A stretch of 64,000 bases of DNA from Acidimicrobiia bacterium (GCA_041576165.1 JBFGLM010000023.1:13364-77363); one strand, 5' to 3'; numbered from the stretch's first letter, positions 30,482 through 40,952 are shown. A program made the numbers and translations. Notes: generated by a model not told the origin, from the sequence alone.

Positions 30482-31351
30482 TCAAGCTTCCCGCAGGAGA
30501 GTCTGTAAATAGCCCGCTTCCCGGGGCGCGAAGCTGTGCTGATCATTGTCGAAGTACACGTAGACGTCGCGTCCTTTTCTGGCGGGGGAATGAAGATCGG
30601 TGATACGGATTGCATCGGACGGCTCCGTACCCTGCTGCCATCGCGCGATTCGCGCCCGCCACCTACGCAACTCGTCAGTTCCATACCTGCTGGCGTACAG
30701 CTGGGCGGGACCGTGCAAACGCAAGTAGACGAAGCCGGCCGTGACCTCCTCGACGTAGGGCCAGGCGGCCGAGTGTGAGAACGCTAGAGCGGTCCCGTGA
30801 CGGCGCGCAATCGCGACCATTTCGCGACAGAGAAAGCTCTTGTGCCGCACCTCTATGACGTGGCGGATTCGATGCTTGGCCTCCGGCCCGTACGCCACCT
30901 CGCGCAGGCGTTGGTCGTGGCGTCGTGCCAACTCCACCGCAGCGGGCGTGCTACGGGGGAGCATCGCCAAGAACGCCTCGACCCGGGCAGAATCGAATCG
31001 GAGCGAGTCGGGCAGCTGCCACAAGATAGGGCCGAGTTTCTCACCGAGTTCCAGCACACCCGAAGCGAAGAAGTTCGCGAGGGCCGCGTCAACCCCCGCC
31101 AGCTTCTTGTTGTGGGTGACGAACCGGCCGCCTTTGACGGCGAAGACGAAACCTGCGGGCACCGATCCATACCAGCGACGGAAGGTGTCTGGCTTCCCCA
31201 GCCGGTAGAAAGTGCTGTTCACTTCCACCGTGTCGAAGCGCTCTCCAACGAAGGCCAGTTCGTCCCGGCGGCGGAGGGACTCGGGATAGAATGCACCCCG
31301 CCAGTGCGGGTAGTTCCAGCCTGAGATCCCAACCCTGATCCGTCCCATCAT
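30482..31351 (-). CDS. DUF72 family protein
   Basis: GISGWNYPHW.G.FYP, VEVNSTFY, YLRLHG, VYFDND motifs. Confidence 0.9.
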   Translation of the reverse strand: MMGRIRVGISGWNYPHWRGAFYPESLRRRDELAFVGERFDTVEVNSTFYRLGKPDTFRRWYGSVPAGFVFAVKGGRFVTHNKKLAGVDAALANFFASGVLELGEKLGPILWQLPDSLRFDSARVEAFLAMLPRSTPAAVELARRHDQRLREVAYGPEAKHRIRHVIEVRHKSFLCREMVAIARRHGTALAFSHSAAWPYVEEVTAGFVYLRLHGPAQLYASRYGTDELRRWRARIARWQQGTEPSDAIRITDLHSPARKGRDVYVYFDNDQHSFAPREAGYLQTLLREA

Positions 31352-31614
31352 CTGATCCTTGCAGCCCCGCCTCGTCGGGTCGCCGAGCCGGCCTCGGCCC
31401 GGAACCGGCTCGAGTGTCCCCTAGTCAGCGACACCTGGATCATCCGGCCCGGACTGGCTTGCTCCGGATCTCTGCCAGCCGCTTAGCATCACGATGATGG
31501 TGGACACCAAACGGCCGCACGTCCCCGACCGAGGAGCCAGGGCATGTGCTCGCCCGCCGCAATGGGTCGTGGCCAGTGCTTGATCAGCTCCACACTTCCC
31601 TGGCCGGGAGCGAC

Positions 31615-32574
31615 TTGGTCTCTGCGCGGCAGGAGAGTCACCAGGCGAGCGTCTTCGCTTCGCATCTGGCGCTGAGCGTGACCATCGAACGGAACCAGGT
31701 CGGCCCACCCTCGGGCGACGTCCACCTGCATCCCGCCGGCCAGGGCTTTTGGATCGCCCGGCTGCTCGCCCAGCTTGGATGCCGTTCGGTGCTGGTTGGC
31801 CCGGTAGGTGGAGAGGCAGGAGTGGTCCTTCGAGCACTGGTCCCACAGTGGGGCGTGGAACTCGCCGACGTGGAGATGCAGTCGGCGACGCCGTGCACCG
31901 TCGATGACCGCCGCTCTGGTGAGCGCCTTTCGCTCGCCCATGGACCTCGTCCGATCTTTCAGCGCCACGACGTTGACGAGCTGTACGGAGAGGTACTCCG
32001 GCTTGCACTCGAGTCCGACCTGTGTGTCGTGACGGGCCGCTTTCCCGGCGGGGCGTTTCCGCTCGGTGTGTACCACCGTCTCGGCGCCGACCTGCGGCGG
32101 CTGGGCGTTGCCGCTGTGGGAGATGTCCATGGCGGGGAGCTTGATGCCTTTCTCGAGAACGGCGAGCTCGATGTCCTGAAGGTCAGCGACGAAGAACTGG
32201 TAGCAGATGGGGCGATAGCGGACGTCTCGGAGAGGTCAGTGATCGATTGGATCAACGCCGCAGCGAAACGCAGGGTGCGATGGGTGGTGGTCTCTCGAGC
32301 CGAGAAGGGCGCAATCGTCGCGTTCGACGAGGCAATCTTTCGGGTAGTCCCGCCGGTCCTCCAGCTGGTCGATTCGAGAGGATCGGGCGATTCGATGACG
32401 GCGGCCCTGGCTGCCGCCCGCATGCACGATTTGAAGCCGGATGCGGCCATGCGGCTGGCATGTGCCGCCGGCGCGGCCAACGTCACCCGCCACGGCCTGG
32501 GTAGCGCCTCGGCGGAGCTGATCGTGCAGCTCGCCGAACATGTCGATGTGGAACACATTGGGGGTGTCAAGTGA
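31615..32574 (+). CDS. PfkB family carbohydrate kinase (1-phosphofructokinase-like)
   Basis: AGQGFWIAR, LKVSDEEL, DSRGSGDS motifs. Start uncertain (TTG 31615 follows GGGAG). Confidence 0.82.
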   Translation: MVSARQESHQASVFASHLALSVTIERNQVGPPSGDVHLHPAGQGFWIARLLAQLGCRSVLVGPVGGEAGVVLRALVPQWGVELADVEMQSATPCTVDDRRSGERLSLAHGPRPIFQRHDVDELYGEVLRLALESDLCVVTGRFPGGAFPLGVYHRLGADLRRLGVAAVGDVHGGELDAFLENGELDVLKVSDEELVADGAIADVSERSVIDWINAAAKRRVRWVVVSRAEKGAIVAFDEAIFRVVPPVLQLVDSRGSGDSMTAALAAARMHDLKPDAAMRLACAAGAANVTRHGLGSASAELIVQLAEHVDVEHIGGVK

Positions 32575-33410
32575 AAGCGAACGAACTGCTTACCGACGGG
32601 GTGGTGGTAGACGAACATCGTCAGCCGCGCTCCGATCGTCCGCGTATCCTCGTGACCAACGACGATGGCATCGAGGCCCCGGGCCTGAGGGCGCTCGCTG
32701 CCGGGCTGGCCGCCGATTTCGAGGTGATCGTCGTAGCGCCCCAAGCCGACATGAGCGGCAGTGGTACTGCCCTCGGACGGTTCGATCCCCGGGCTGGGGT
32801 CGCGTTGACTGAGGTCGCAGTCGAAGGAGTCGATGCCGCCTATTCGGTCGACGGTCCCCCCGGCCTAGCCGTAGTTGCGGCCGGGTTGGGAGCTTTCGGG
32901 AGCAGGCCGGACCTCGTCGTCTCTGGAGTGAACGCGGGAATCAACACAGGTCACTCCGTCATTCACTCGGGCACCGTCGGTGCGGCGCTCACCGCCCGCA
33001 CTCTCGGCAGCCATGGGCTGGCGGTCAGCGTCGACGAGTCCGACCCGTGGCATTGGGATACTGCGATCGCAATCGCCCGCTCGGCGGTCGATTGGGTGCT
33101 GAACCACACGGGACCTCGTGTTGTTCTCAATGTGAATGCTCCGGCGGTCCCGCTGCGGGACGTGCGCGGGATCAGATGGGCGGCCCTCGACGAATTCGGG
33201 CATCTGCGAGTCGCGATCGCCGACATCCCCGGTTCACGGCTGGAATTCGAAGTCAGGGGGTCAGCCAGCGGGCTGGATCCGGCCAGTGACACGGCACTTG
33301 TCTTCGACGGATTTGCCACGCTCACCCTGCTCTCCCCGGTCGAGCCGATGCCGTATCCGCCGGTCGAACCTCACGATATCTGGACCCCGCCCGGGATTGG
33401 AGTTTCCTAG
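32571..33410 (+). CDS. surE: 5'/3'-nucleotidase SurE family
   Basis: ILVTNDDGI.APG, SGSG, VVSGVNAG.N, HSGTVGAA motifs. Confidence 0.88.
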   Translation: MKANELLTDGVVVDEHRQPRSDRPRILVTNDDGIEAPGLRALAAGLAADFEVIVVAPQADMSGSGTALGRFDPRAGVALTEVAVEGVDAAYSVDGPPGLAVVAAGLGAFGSRPDLVVSGVNAGINTGHSVIHSGTVGAALTARTLGSHGLAVSVDESDPWHWDTAIAIARSAVDWVLNHTGPRVVLNVNAPAVPLRDVRGIRWAALDEFGHLRVAIADIPGSRLEFEVRGSASGLDPASDTALVFDGFATLTLLSPVEPMPYPPVEPHDIWTPPGIGVS

Positions 33411-33550
33411 GTTCGCCGGCTCCCCGCCGAACGAAGACTCAGTGGCGGAGCCCAGAGTGCAGAACCCTGGCCGCCGTCCAAATCCGTGACCTTCGGCCTC
33501 TGGTTGCAGTACAACGCGCTGAGGTTCCATGAAGACGGCAAGGAGGTGCG

Positions 33551-34240
33551 ATGAGCACAACAACTGCCGCCGCGTCGAGGGATGTCCGGACGTGGCGCCC
33601 GGTCCAAGCCCGAGGGGTGGTCGCCTTGCTCCTTCTATCCGCAGTCTGTGTGGCCGTGGCCCCGTATCTCATGCCTGAGTCGTACTCGGTGGTCGAGAAC
33701 GCCATCAGCGCATCGGGGGGCCAGGGCATCGATGCAGCGTGGGTCGCCCGGACCGGCTTCCTCCTGCTGGGGTTCGCCGTCCTGCTCTTGTCGATCGTGC
33801 GGTCCTCCCAGTGGGGATTCTGGGGCAGGCTCGTCATGCGCATCTACGGCATCTCGATGATCGCTGCCGCCGCATATGCGCACAAGCCATGGCTTGACGT
33901 CCCGTTTGACCAGTTCGAGGACCTTCTGCACTCGGTTGCGGCCACGACGGTCGGCGCGGCGTTCACGATCGGCGTGCTGCTGGTGACAGCGCGGCGCGGT
34001 CCCAATGCAGGATGGGTGCGGGCGTTCGACCTATTGGCCGTTGCCGCGGCCGTGATCATCCCCGTAACGATGTTCAACGTGACAGACGTCGAAGGGTTGG
34101 TCCAGCGAATCATGTTCGTGATCGGATACCTGTGGTTCGGGGCCGAGGCGGTGCGATCGCTGAGGAGCGGTGCATCCGTCGCGGCCGCGACCCGGGAGGC
34201 GGCATTCCCGCAGACGGACACGATATTGACGGGGAGATGA
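33551..34240 (+). CDS. DUF998-like membrane protein
   Basis: YS.VENAIS..G, LH...A and GLVQR motifs; AGGAGG RBS. Confidence 0.7.
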   Translation: MSTTTAAASRDVRTWRPVQARGVVALLLLSAVCVAVAPYLMPESYSVVENAISASGGQGIDAAWVARTGFLLLGFAVLLLSIVRSSQWGFWGRLVMRIYGISMIAAAAYAHKPWLDVPFDQFEDLLHSVAATTVGAAFTIGVLLVTARRGPNAGWVRAFDLLAVAAAVIIPVTMFNVTDVEGLVQRIMFVIGYLWFGAEAVRSLRSGASVAAATREAAFPQTDTILTGR

Positions 34241-34243
34241 GGC

Positions 34244-34801
34244 GTGGCGCTGGCAGTCGTTCACGGCGCTGAGCGAACGTCGGAGCGCACAGCGAAACCG
34301 ATCCTGCGACTGGAGGCGGTGGCCGTCGATGTGTTCGTCGTCGCTGGTTGGGCTGCGTTCGCGGCGGTGGCGGGCGGCGTGCTCCGATGGGCCGGTGTCC
34401 GTTTCGAGACCGCCCTCGAGTGGGATCTGTTCTCGTTCTCGACGTTGGTGCTGCCGGTGATCGTCACGTTCGTCATGCAAGAGGCCTGTCCGCGACATGC
34501 GACCTTGGGCAAACGCCGGATAGGGCTTCGCGTGGTGTTGGCGGACGGCACCCCGCTGGCTTTCGGTCGATCTGTCCTGCGCTCGGCGGCCAAGTTTCTT
34601 CCGTGGCAGCTCGCCCACACGGCCGTGTTTCACATGGTCGCGACGCCCTCGGGCGGATACCTGGTGCTGGCGGTCATCGCCCAGGCGCTGATTCTCGTGT
34701 CGCTGCTGGCAGTGATCCTCGATCCGGCGCGACGAGCGCTGCATGATTGGGCCGCCGGGACCCGGGTGGTAATCGCAACCCGACCAGAGAGCGAGCCATG
34801 A
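34244..34801 (+). CDS. RDD family protein
   Basis: RL.A..VD, TLGKRRIGLRVV, RRALHDWAAGTRVV motifs. Confidence 0.85.
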   Translation: MALAVVHGAERTSERTAKPILRLEAVAVDVFVVAGWAAFAAVAGGVLRWAGVRFETALEWDLFSFSTLVLPVIVTFVMQEACPRHATLGKRRIGLRVVLADGTPLAFGRSVLRSAAKFLPWQLAHTAVFHMVATPSGGYLVLAVIAQALILVSLLAVILDPARRALHDWAAGTRVVIATRPESEP

Positions 34802-35292
34802 CCGGCCTCATGCGTACCAGGATCGGTCGCCGAGCCGGCGATCTCGCCAGGCGAGCAGGTGGATCAGCCCTGGGTGTGAGGCTGATTCGCCGGATCGTAT
34901 CCCCGCTTCAGCGCTGGTTGTACCGCGTGTCGAAGGGTCGCCTGTCCTTGACGGGCCGCGCCCCCGTAGCGTTGCTCACCACCATCGGCCGGCGCACGGG
35001 CCGGTCCCGCACCGTCCCCGTCTTCTACGTCCGAGATGGTCGCCGGTTCGCCATATGCAATGTGAGACCGCCTGGCGAGCGCACCAATCCGTGGGTTCTG
35101 AATCTGTCTGCGCTGCCCTATGCGGAGGTGGAGACGGCCGGGCAGCGAACACGGTCTTCCGCCCGCCTCGCCACCGACCGAGAGATGGACGAACTCTGGC
35201 CCCGTTTCGTCGAGATCTGGCCAGCGTTCGAGCGGTTCGCGGGGGCCGGGGGCGAGCGGACCGTGTTCATACTCGAAAAGAAGGAGGGATGA
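34798..35292 (+). CDS. Deazaflavin (F420)-dependent nitroreductase/quinone reductase family
   Basis: LLTTIGRRTGRSRTVP and NPWVLNL.A.P motifs. Confidence 0.8.
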   Translation: MTGLMRTRIGRRAGDLARRAGGSALGVRLIRRIVSPLQRWLYRVSKGRLSLTGRAPVALLTTIGRRTGRSRTVPVFYVRDGRRFAICNVRPPGERTNPWVLNLSALPYAEVETAGQRTRSSARLATDREMDELWPRFVEIWPAFERFAGAGGERTVFILEKKEG

Positions 35293-35792
35293 TGGGGCGC
35301 ACCCGATCCCGATGGGCCTGGGTGGTGATCCTCATTGCCGAGGTTGCGATCCTGGTATGGGGTCTGCTCGTGCTTGTCGAGCCTGAGCAACTGGCTCTCG
35401 GCTTTGAGGGCTACACGGGTCAGCCATGGTCGGAGCTGGTTGCCGAGCAACCGTCCACTGCCGCCTTCATGCTCAACGTCTTTCGTTTGCTCGGCGCTTA
35501 CAACGTCGCTTTTGCGCTCGTGGCAGCGGCAGTCTGCGTCACGGCGTTCCGGCGGGGTGAGGCCTGGGCCTGGTGGACGCTGCTGATCGGCAACACGCTG
35601 GGATACGCCGCTCCGATGATCTACGACCAGGTAGTAGGTGAGATTGGGAGCTTCGAGATCCTCGAGTACGTATTCCTGGGGGGCGTCTACACCGCGCTGG
35701 CCGTCACTGCGCCGACCAGACGGAAAGGCCGGCGCGAGGAGACATACCACCCCGGGGGATCAGCCGAACGCCCGGATTCCCTGCTCAGCTGA
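35289..35792 (+). CDS. Hypothetical 4-TM membrane protein
   Basis: Four hydrophobic helices, AFRRGEAWAWW; overlaps the upstream stop. Confidence 0.7.
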   Translation: MMGRTRSRWAWVVILIAEVAILVWGLLVLVEPEQLALGFEGYTGQPWSELVAEQPSTAAFMLNVFRLLGAYNVAFALVAAAVCVTAFRRGEAWAWWTLLIGNTLGYAAPMIYDQVVGEIGSFEILEYVFLGGVYTALAVTAPTRRKGRREETYHPGGSAERPDSLLS

Positions 35793-35920
35793 TCCGCCAT
35801 GTCGGTGGTGCCTTGGGCCGATCAGTTGCCGTCAGACTCGATGACGATCTCGCACAACGGGACGGGAAGGGCCTTGTGCGGGCCCGACACAGTGATACGT
35901 TTGCGGTGAGGATTGCAGTC

Positions 35921-37537
35921 ATGAAGGCCGTCGAGATCGCCCGCCAGACACTCGGTGAGTGGCTGGCGGCTCAGCCGGACAACTTCTATGAGGCGGACCC
36001 TTTGCTGCAGATCCTGGTCGAGCGATCAGGACTCAAGGATCGGATCGGGGCCCTCCGGGCGTTCGGTGCGGTGGCGGCGGGTGCACTCGACGCAGCCGTG
36101 ATCGAGAACAACCGGCCCTCCAACCTGCCGGTGCTCGACTCGTACGATCAGATCGGCCGCTACGTCGCCAGGGTCGCGCACCACCCCAGCTATCACCGGG
36201 CCGGGAAGCTCATCTATGAGAGCGGACTGATGGCCGCGTACGCCAAGATACCCAATCCGCTCCCATTCGCGCTTTCTCTCTTCTATCTGTCGGTTCATGT
36301 TGGTGAAGGGGGACACAACTGTCCGGTGGCATGTACTGCTGGAGCGATTCGGGCGGTGCAGGCGTTGGGAACTGATGGCCAGCGGGCAGCCTGGCTCCCT
36401 AGGCTGCTGACCCCCGTCTATGGCGAGCATTTCGCCGCGGCCCAGTTCCTCACCGAGGTGCAGGGGGGCTCCGATGTTGGCGCCAATGCCGTCGTGGCCA
36501 TGCAGGAACCCGACGGCAGCTGGTGCATCTCCGGTGAGAAGTGGTTCTGCTCGAGCGCCGATGCCGACCTGTTCGTGATCACCGCCCGCCCCGAGGGTGC
36601 GGCGGGCGGCACCAGGGGGCTTGGCCTGTTCCTGGTGCCTCGTGAATACCGCGGCGAGCCGAACGGCTTTGTCATACGCCGGCTGAAGGACAAACTCGGC
36701 ACCCGTTCGATGGTCACCGCTGAGATCGATTTCGATAACGCCTACGCAGAGCAGCTCGGGCCTCTGGAGCACGGATTCCGCAACACCATGGAGCTCATCA
36801 TCGATACGAGCCGTCTGTACAACGCGTTCGGCTGTGCCGCCCTGGCTCATCGCGCCTATCTGGTGGCCCGCAGCTACGCCGAGCACCGCCGGGCGTTCGG
36901 GGAAACGATCATCAACTACCCGTTGGTCAAAGAAACCCTCGCGATGATTCAGGCCGATGCGGAGGCCGCGCTGGCAGGGTCATTCTGGCTGGCGGAGATC
37001 CAGCAGACGGTCGATGCCGGCGAGGCATCCGGCGAAGAAGCTGCGTTTCTCAGAATGGGGCTCAACCTCAACAAGGTTCGGACTGCGGCTCTCTCGCATG
37101 GTGCCATCAACCGGGGGATCGAGGTTCTGGGCGGCAACGGCACCATCGAGACCTTCAGTGTCCTGCCGCGACTCCTCCGGGACAACGTCATATTCGAGAA
37201 CTGGGAAGGCACCCACCACACCCTGCGCATGCAGGTTCTCAACGACGCGGTGCGGCTCAGCCTGCACGAGGGATTTTTCTCGGTGCTCGAGAAGCGGCTG
37301 GGGGCGGACCGGCTGCAAGCCGACCGGGAAGCCTTCGACCGGTGCATGCGCGAGCATGACACCCTGCTTCTGCGGCGTGTGTGCGACCGGTTGGGCTCGT
37401 GGATCCATCTCGCCGCCCTCGAGGGAATCGATGAATCGGGAATTCAGGCTCGAGCCGAGCTGACCAGATTGCGCCATCTGCTGGACGAGCCGAGGTTGGA
37501 AGGTTACGCCGACCTCATCGAGCGGTGCGCTTCGTAG
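35921..37537 (+). CDS. Acyl-CoA dehydrogenase family (AidB-like)
   Basis: FLTEVQGGSDVG, GEKWFCS, RLKDKLGT.S, GGNG..E, WEGT motifs. Confidence 0.9.
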   Translation: MKAVEIARQTLGEWLAAQPDNFYEADPLLQILVERSGLKDRIGALRAFGAVAAGALDAAVIENNRPSNLPVLDSYDQIGRYVARVAHHPSYHRAGKLIYESGLMAAYAKIPNPLPFALSLFYLSVHVGEGGHNCPVACTAGAIRAVQALGTDGQRAAWLPRLLTPVYGEHFAAAQFLTEVQGGSDVGANAVVAMQEPDGSWCISGEKWFCSSADADLFVITARPEGAAGGTRGLGLFLVPREYRGEPNGFVIRRLKDKLGTRSMVTAEIDFDNAYAEQLGPLEHGFRNTMELIIDTSRLYNAFGCAALAHRAYLVARSYAEHRRAFGETIINYPLVKETLAMIQADAEAALAGSFWLAEIQQTVDAGEASGEEAAFLRMGLNLNKVRTAALSHGAINRGIEVLGGNGTIETFSVLPRLLRDNVIFENWEGTHHTLRMQVLNDAVRLSLHEGFFSVLEKRLGADRLQADREAFDRCMREHDTLLLRRVCDRLGSWIHLAALEGIDESGIQARAELTRLRHLLDEPRLEGYADLIERCAS

Positions 37538-37630
37538 CTACGGGCGAGAGTCGGCCAACCTGTTGATGTTTTGGTGAGATTTCGTGACCTAGTCCTCTGA
37601 GTGCTCCGCAACAGGGGCGGGATGCTCTGG

Positions 37631-38863
37631 ATGATGGGTACCCGGAAGCGTAGGTGGCTCAGGGTCGTCGGCTGGCTGGTTACCGTCGTGGCTGGTGGGC
37701 TGGCTCTCTGGTTGGCGGTCGCAGCGGTCATGTACCCGTTTGAGTATGTGCGGCGCGTGGTCGTGTGGGGCGAATCGGACGTCGGCGACTATCTGGAGCA
37801 TTTCCCGCAACGACGCCTGACCGCCTCGTCCCAGCCGTTCCACTTCACGAGTACCCCAGACGATGCTCGGGTGTCGTCCATCTTCGAGTCGATCCTGGGA
37901 GTGAGGGACTTCGATGCGTTCCTCGAGTCGGCCCGTACCCAGGCGTTCATCGTCATTCGAGACGACGTGATCCTCTACGAGCGCTACTTCAGCGACTGGC
38001 ACCGCAAAATGATGGTGACGTCATATTCGGTGGCGAAATCGTTCACGTCCGCTCTTGTCGGCATCGCCATCAACGAGGGATACATCTCGGGTGTCGACGA
38101 CCCGATCACCGACTACCTGCCCGAACTCATAGAGCGGGACGTACGGTTCCGAGATGTGACCATACGTCACCTGCTGATGATGGCCTCCGGGATGGATTTC
38201 GCGGACGATCGTCCGTTCCTGTTCAACGGTGACGGTCCGTTGACCACCTACCACCCGGACCAGCGGAAGATCGCACTCGAGAACGGAATCCTGGATCCGC
38301 CCGGTGAGTACTTCCTGTACAACAAGTATCACCCTCAACTCCTCGGCATGATCCTCGAGCGTGTTACCGGCGTATCGGTGACTCAGTACACGCAGGACAA
38401 GTTATGGGATCCACTCGGGATGGAGTTCGACGGCGCCTGGAGCCTCGACAGCGAGGCAAGCGGATTCGAAAAGATGGAAGCGGGCCTCAACGCTTGCGCC
38501 ATTGACTTCGCCAAGTTCGGGCGCCTCTTCCTGGAGAACGGCAACTGGAACGGTCAGCAGGTCATCCCGGCGCGCTGGGTCGCTGAGTCAACCGGACCAG
38601 ACTCGGAGACTCATCGTGCGGACTACTACTCCCATTCTTTCGGGCCGGATGTCTACGCCTCTGGAAACGGGTGGTACAAGTACATGTGGTACGGGGCGGC
38701 CCGTGGCAACGATTCCTACGATTTCTCGGCGCAGGGCGACCGGGGACAGGTCATCTTCGTATCGCCGGCCAACAACGTCATCATCGTCCGGAACGCATTC
38801 GATTACGGGCTCAAATGGTTCGAATGGCTCGACGCCTTCCAGGAGGCGGCCGGCCGGCTCTGA
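37631..38863 (+). CDS. Serine hydrolase, class C beta-lactamase/NylB-like, membrane-anchored
   Basis: SVAKS (SxxK), HLLMMASG, PPGEYFLY, LWDPLGME, DFAKFG; N-terminal TM. Start uncertain (37601-37634). Confidence 0.88.
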   Translation: MMGTRKRRWLRVVGWLVTVVAGGLALWLAVAAVMYPFEYVRRVVVWGESDVGDYLEHFPQRRLTASSQPFHFTSTPDDARVSSIFESILGVRDFDAFLESARTQAFIVIRDDVILYERYFSDWHRKMMVTSYSVAKSFTSALVGIAINEGYISGVDDPITDYLPELIERDVRFRDVTIRHLLMMASGMDFADDRPFLFNGDGPLTTYHPDQRKIALENGILDPPGEYFLYNKYHPQLLGMILERVTGVSVTQYTQDKLWDPLGMEFDGAWSLDSEASGFEKMEAGLNACAIDFAKFGRLFLENGNWNGQQVIPARWVAESTGPDSETHRADYYSHSFGPDVYASGNGWYKYMWYGAARGNDSYDFSAQGDRGQVIFVSPANNVIIVRNAFDYGLKWFEWLDAFQEAAGRL

Positions 38864-39028
38864 TCACTAGCTCCTTCGGGTACGGACTCGGACCTCGTGA
38901 GTTTCGTGACTGTGACGTTGGGCACTATGGACCGCACGGTTGCTCAGACACGATGAGGGTGTTGGCCCGGCCCAGGGCCACCGGGGTTCGCCGCACATCT
39001 CGGGCCGCACGTATATATCTGGAAGAAA

Positions 39029-39952
39029 ATGTCTGAACAGGCCTCACAACCGGCGGTATCTGTGCGGAGCCTGGTGAAACGCTACGGCGAGACGGTGGCT
39101 GTGGCGGGGATCTCCTTCGATGTGCGGGAGGGCGAGGTGTTCGGCCTTCTCGGACCAAATGGGTCGGGAAAGACCACGACCTTCGAGTGTCTCGAGGGTC
39201 TGCGCCGGCGCTCGGAAGGCTCGATCTCAGTATGTGATGTGGATCCTGAACGCGAGCCGGGCCGGCTGGGTGAACTGATCGGTGTGCAGCTTCAGGCCGG
39301 CGGGCTCCCGCGGACCATGACCCCAGTGGACGCCATGACATTCTTCTCGGCCTACCGCCGGCGGCCGCCACGGTTGGATCTGCTCGAAAGGTTCGGTCTG
39401 TCCGACTCGCTCGACACTCGCTACGAACACCTCTCTACCGGTCTGCAGCGGCGGCTGAGTCTGGCTCTCGCAGTGGCCCACGACCCGCAGGTTCTGATTC
39501 TCGATGAACCTACCGCCGGACTCGATGTGGCTTCGCGATCGGAGCTCCATTTGGCGATCCAGGAACTCAGCGCCGCCGGACGCACGGTGTTGCTGGCCAC
39601 CCATGACATGGCAGAGGCCGAGCAACTGACCGATCGTGTGGCGATTCTGCTCCGGGGCCGCATCGTCGCAACCGGTAGCCCCCGTGAGCTGACAGCAGCC
39701 AGCGAAGGGCTCACCAAAGTCTCGATCCGGACGGAATCGATGACGGTCGTTGGGGTGTATCCACCCGGCGGCGCCGGCCCGGCCCGGCTGATGTCCGATG
39801 GTTATGCGGTCACCTTCTCCCAAGACCCCGGTCCGACGGTTGCTGCGCTGCTCGAACACGCGTCTCATGCCGGAGATCCGCTGATTGACCTCCGGGTGGA
39901 GCGGCCGTCGTTGGAGGAACGATTCCTGGAGTTGACGGAGGCGGCGGTGTGA
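39029..39952 (+). CDS. ABC-2 type exporter ATP-binding protein
   Basis: GPNGSGKT, LSTG..RR, LDEPTAGLD, THDMAEA, SLEERF motifs. Confidence 0.92.
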   Translation: MSEQASQPAVSVRSLVKRYGETVAVAGISFDVREGEVFGLLGPNGSGKTTTFECLEGLRRRSEGSISVCDVDPEREPGRLGELIGVQLQAGGLPRTMTPVDAMTFFSAYRRRPPRLDLLERFGLSDSLDTRYEHLSTGLQRRLSLALAVAHDPQVLILDEPTAGLDVASRSELHLAIQELSAAGRTVLLATHDMAEAEQLTDRVAILLRGRIVATGSPRELTAASEGLTKVSIRTESMTVVGVYPPGGAGPARLMSDGYAVTFSQDPGPTVAALLEHASHAGDPLIDLRVERPSLEERFLELTEAAV

Positions 39953-40758
39953 CAGCCTTCGGCACCCACCTCGGCTTCGAGTTCCGAGCGGGACTCCGCA
40001 ACGCGACCGCTCTGTTGATGTTCTACCTGTTTCCGCTCGGCTTCTACGTGCTGATGGGGATCGTGATGGTGGAGCTCAACCCGGCATTCGCCGACGTGAT
40101 GATTCCGGCGCTGGTGGTGGTGACCGTGATGGCGGGGACGGTTCTTGGATTGCCGTCTCAGCTGGTCGAGGCCAGAGACGCGGGCATATACCGGAGCTTC
40201 AAGGTAAATCGCGTGCCCGCCACTTCCATACTCCTCGTTCCGATCCTGGCTGCCGCTCTTCATACGGCGGCGGCATCAACCGTGATCGGTCTGACGGGGG
40301 AGCCTGTATTTGGCGGGAGGGCGCCGGTTGACTGGTGGGCCTTCTTCGGAGTCACGCTGCTCACGATCTTCGTGTTCGGCGGTATTGCAGCCCTCATAGC
40401 CGTTGTCTCGTCGAGCACGCAGGCGACGGTTATGTGGTCCCAGCTCGTGTTCTTGCCGTCGATGCTCATCGGAGGGCTCATGGTCGATCTGGCCGCCTTG
40501 CCCACGTCCGTACTCCCCGCGGCGAAGCTGTTGCCATCCACGTACGCAGTACAGGCGATGCTCGGGTCCGCCTGGCAGGCAGAAACCATCCTCGACGTCG
40601 ACCTGTCGGTGGTGGTGTTGCTGGTCACCGGCGGACTAGCTCTGGCTCTTGCGCGCCTGCTCTTCGAGTGGGATCCCCAAAACCAAACCCGCCGCATCTC
40701 GGTCTGGTGGGCGGCAACCGTCCTATTGCCACTGGCATCTGCAGCCCTGATTGCATGA
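39949..40758 (+). CDS. ABC-2 type exporter permease
   Basis: Multiple TM helices, R..GIYR, LLPSTYAV; overlaps the ATPase stop. Confidence 0.85.
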   Translation: MTAFGTHLGFEFRAGLRNATALLMFYLFPLGFYVLMGIVMVELNPAFADVMIPALVVVTVMAGTVLGLPSQLVEARDAGIYRSFKVNRVPATSILLVPILAAALHTAAASTVIGLTGEPVFGGRAPVDWWAFFGVTLLTIFVFGGIAALIAVVSSSTQATVMWSQLVFLPSMLIGGLMVDLAALPTSVLPAAKLLPSTYAVQAMLGSAWQAETILDVDLSVVVLLVTGGLALALARLLFEWDPQNQTRRISVWWAATVLLPLASAALIA

Positions 40759-40952
40759 GACCCTGCCGGCTGCGTGTTGGCATTACATGAGCCCCCCACC
40801 TGCGGTCAGCGGCCACAGCGGGTGTCGTGTGGTCGTCCAGCGGTCTTTGAGCCAGCGGCGTGACGCTCGGGCGATTGAGGGACGGATGGCCGTAGTGGCC
40901 GTGTTGGGCGCAGCGCGACGGTGGATGGTGAATATCCGATGAAAGGAAACCC

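Noticed and set aside
35921-37537. Acyl-CoA dehydrogenase as the dedicated partner of the cluster's ETF/EMO
   Set aside because: It is AidB-like, about 13.6 kb away and in a separate unit; etf/emo sit within the shdr operon. Sharing cannot be excluded.
37601-38863. True beta-lactamase resistance gene
   Set aside because: Motifs fit the broad esterase/amidase serine hydrolase family (YNK instead of YxN, no KTG).
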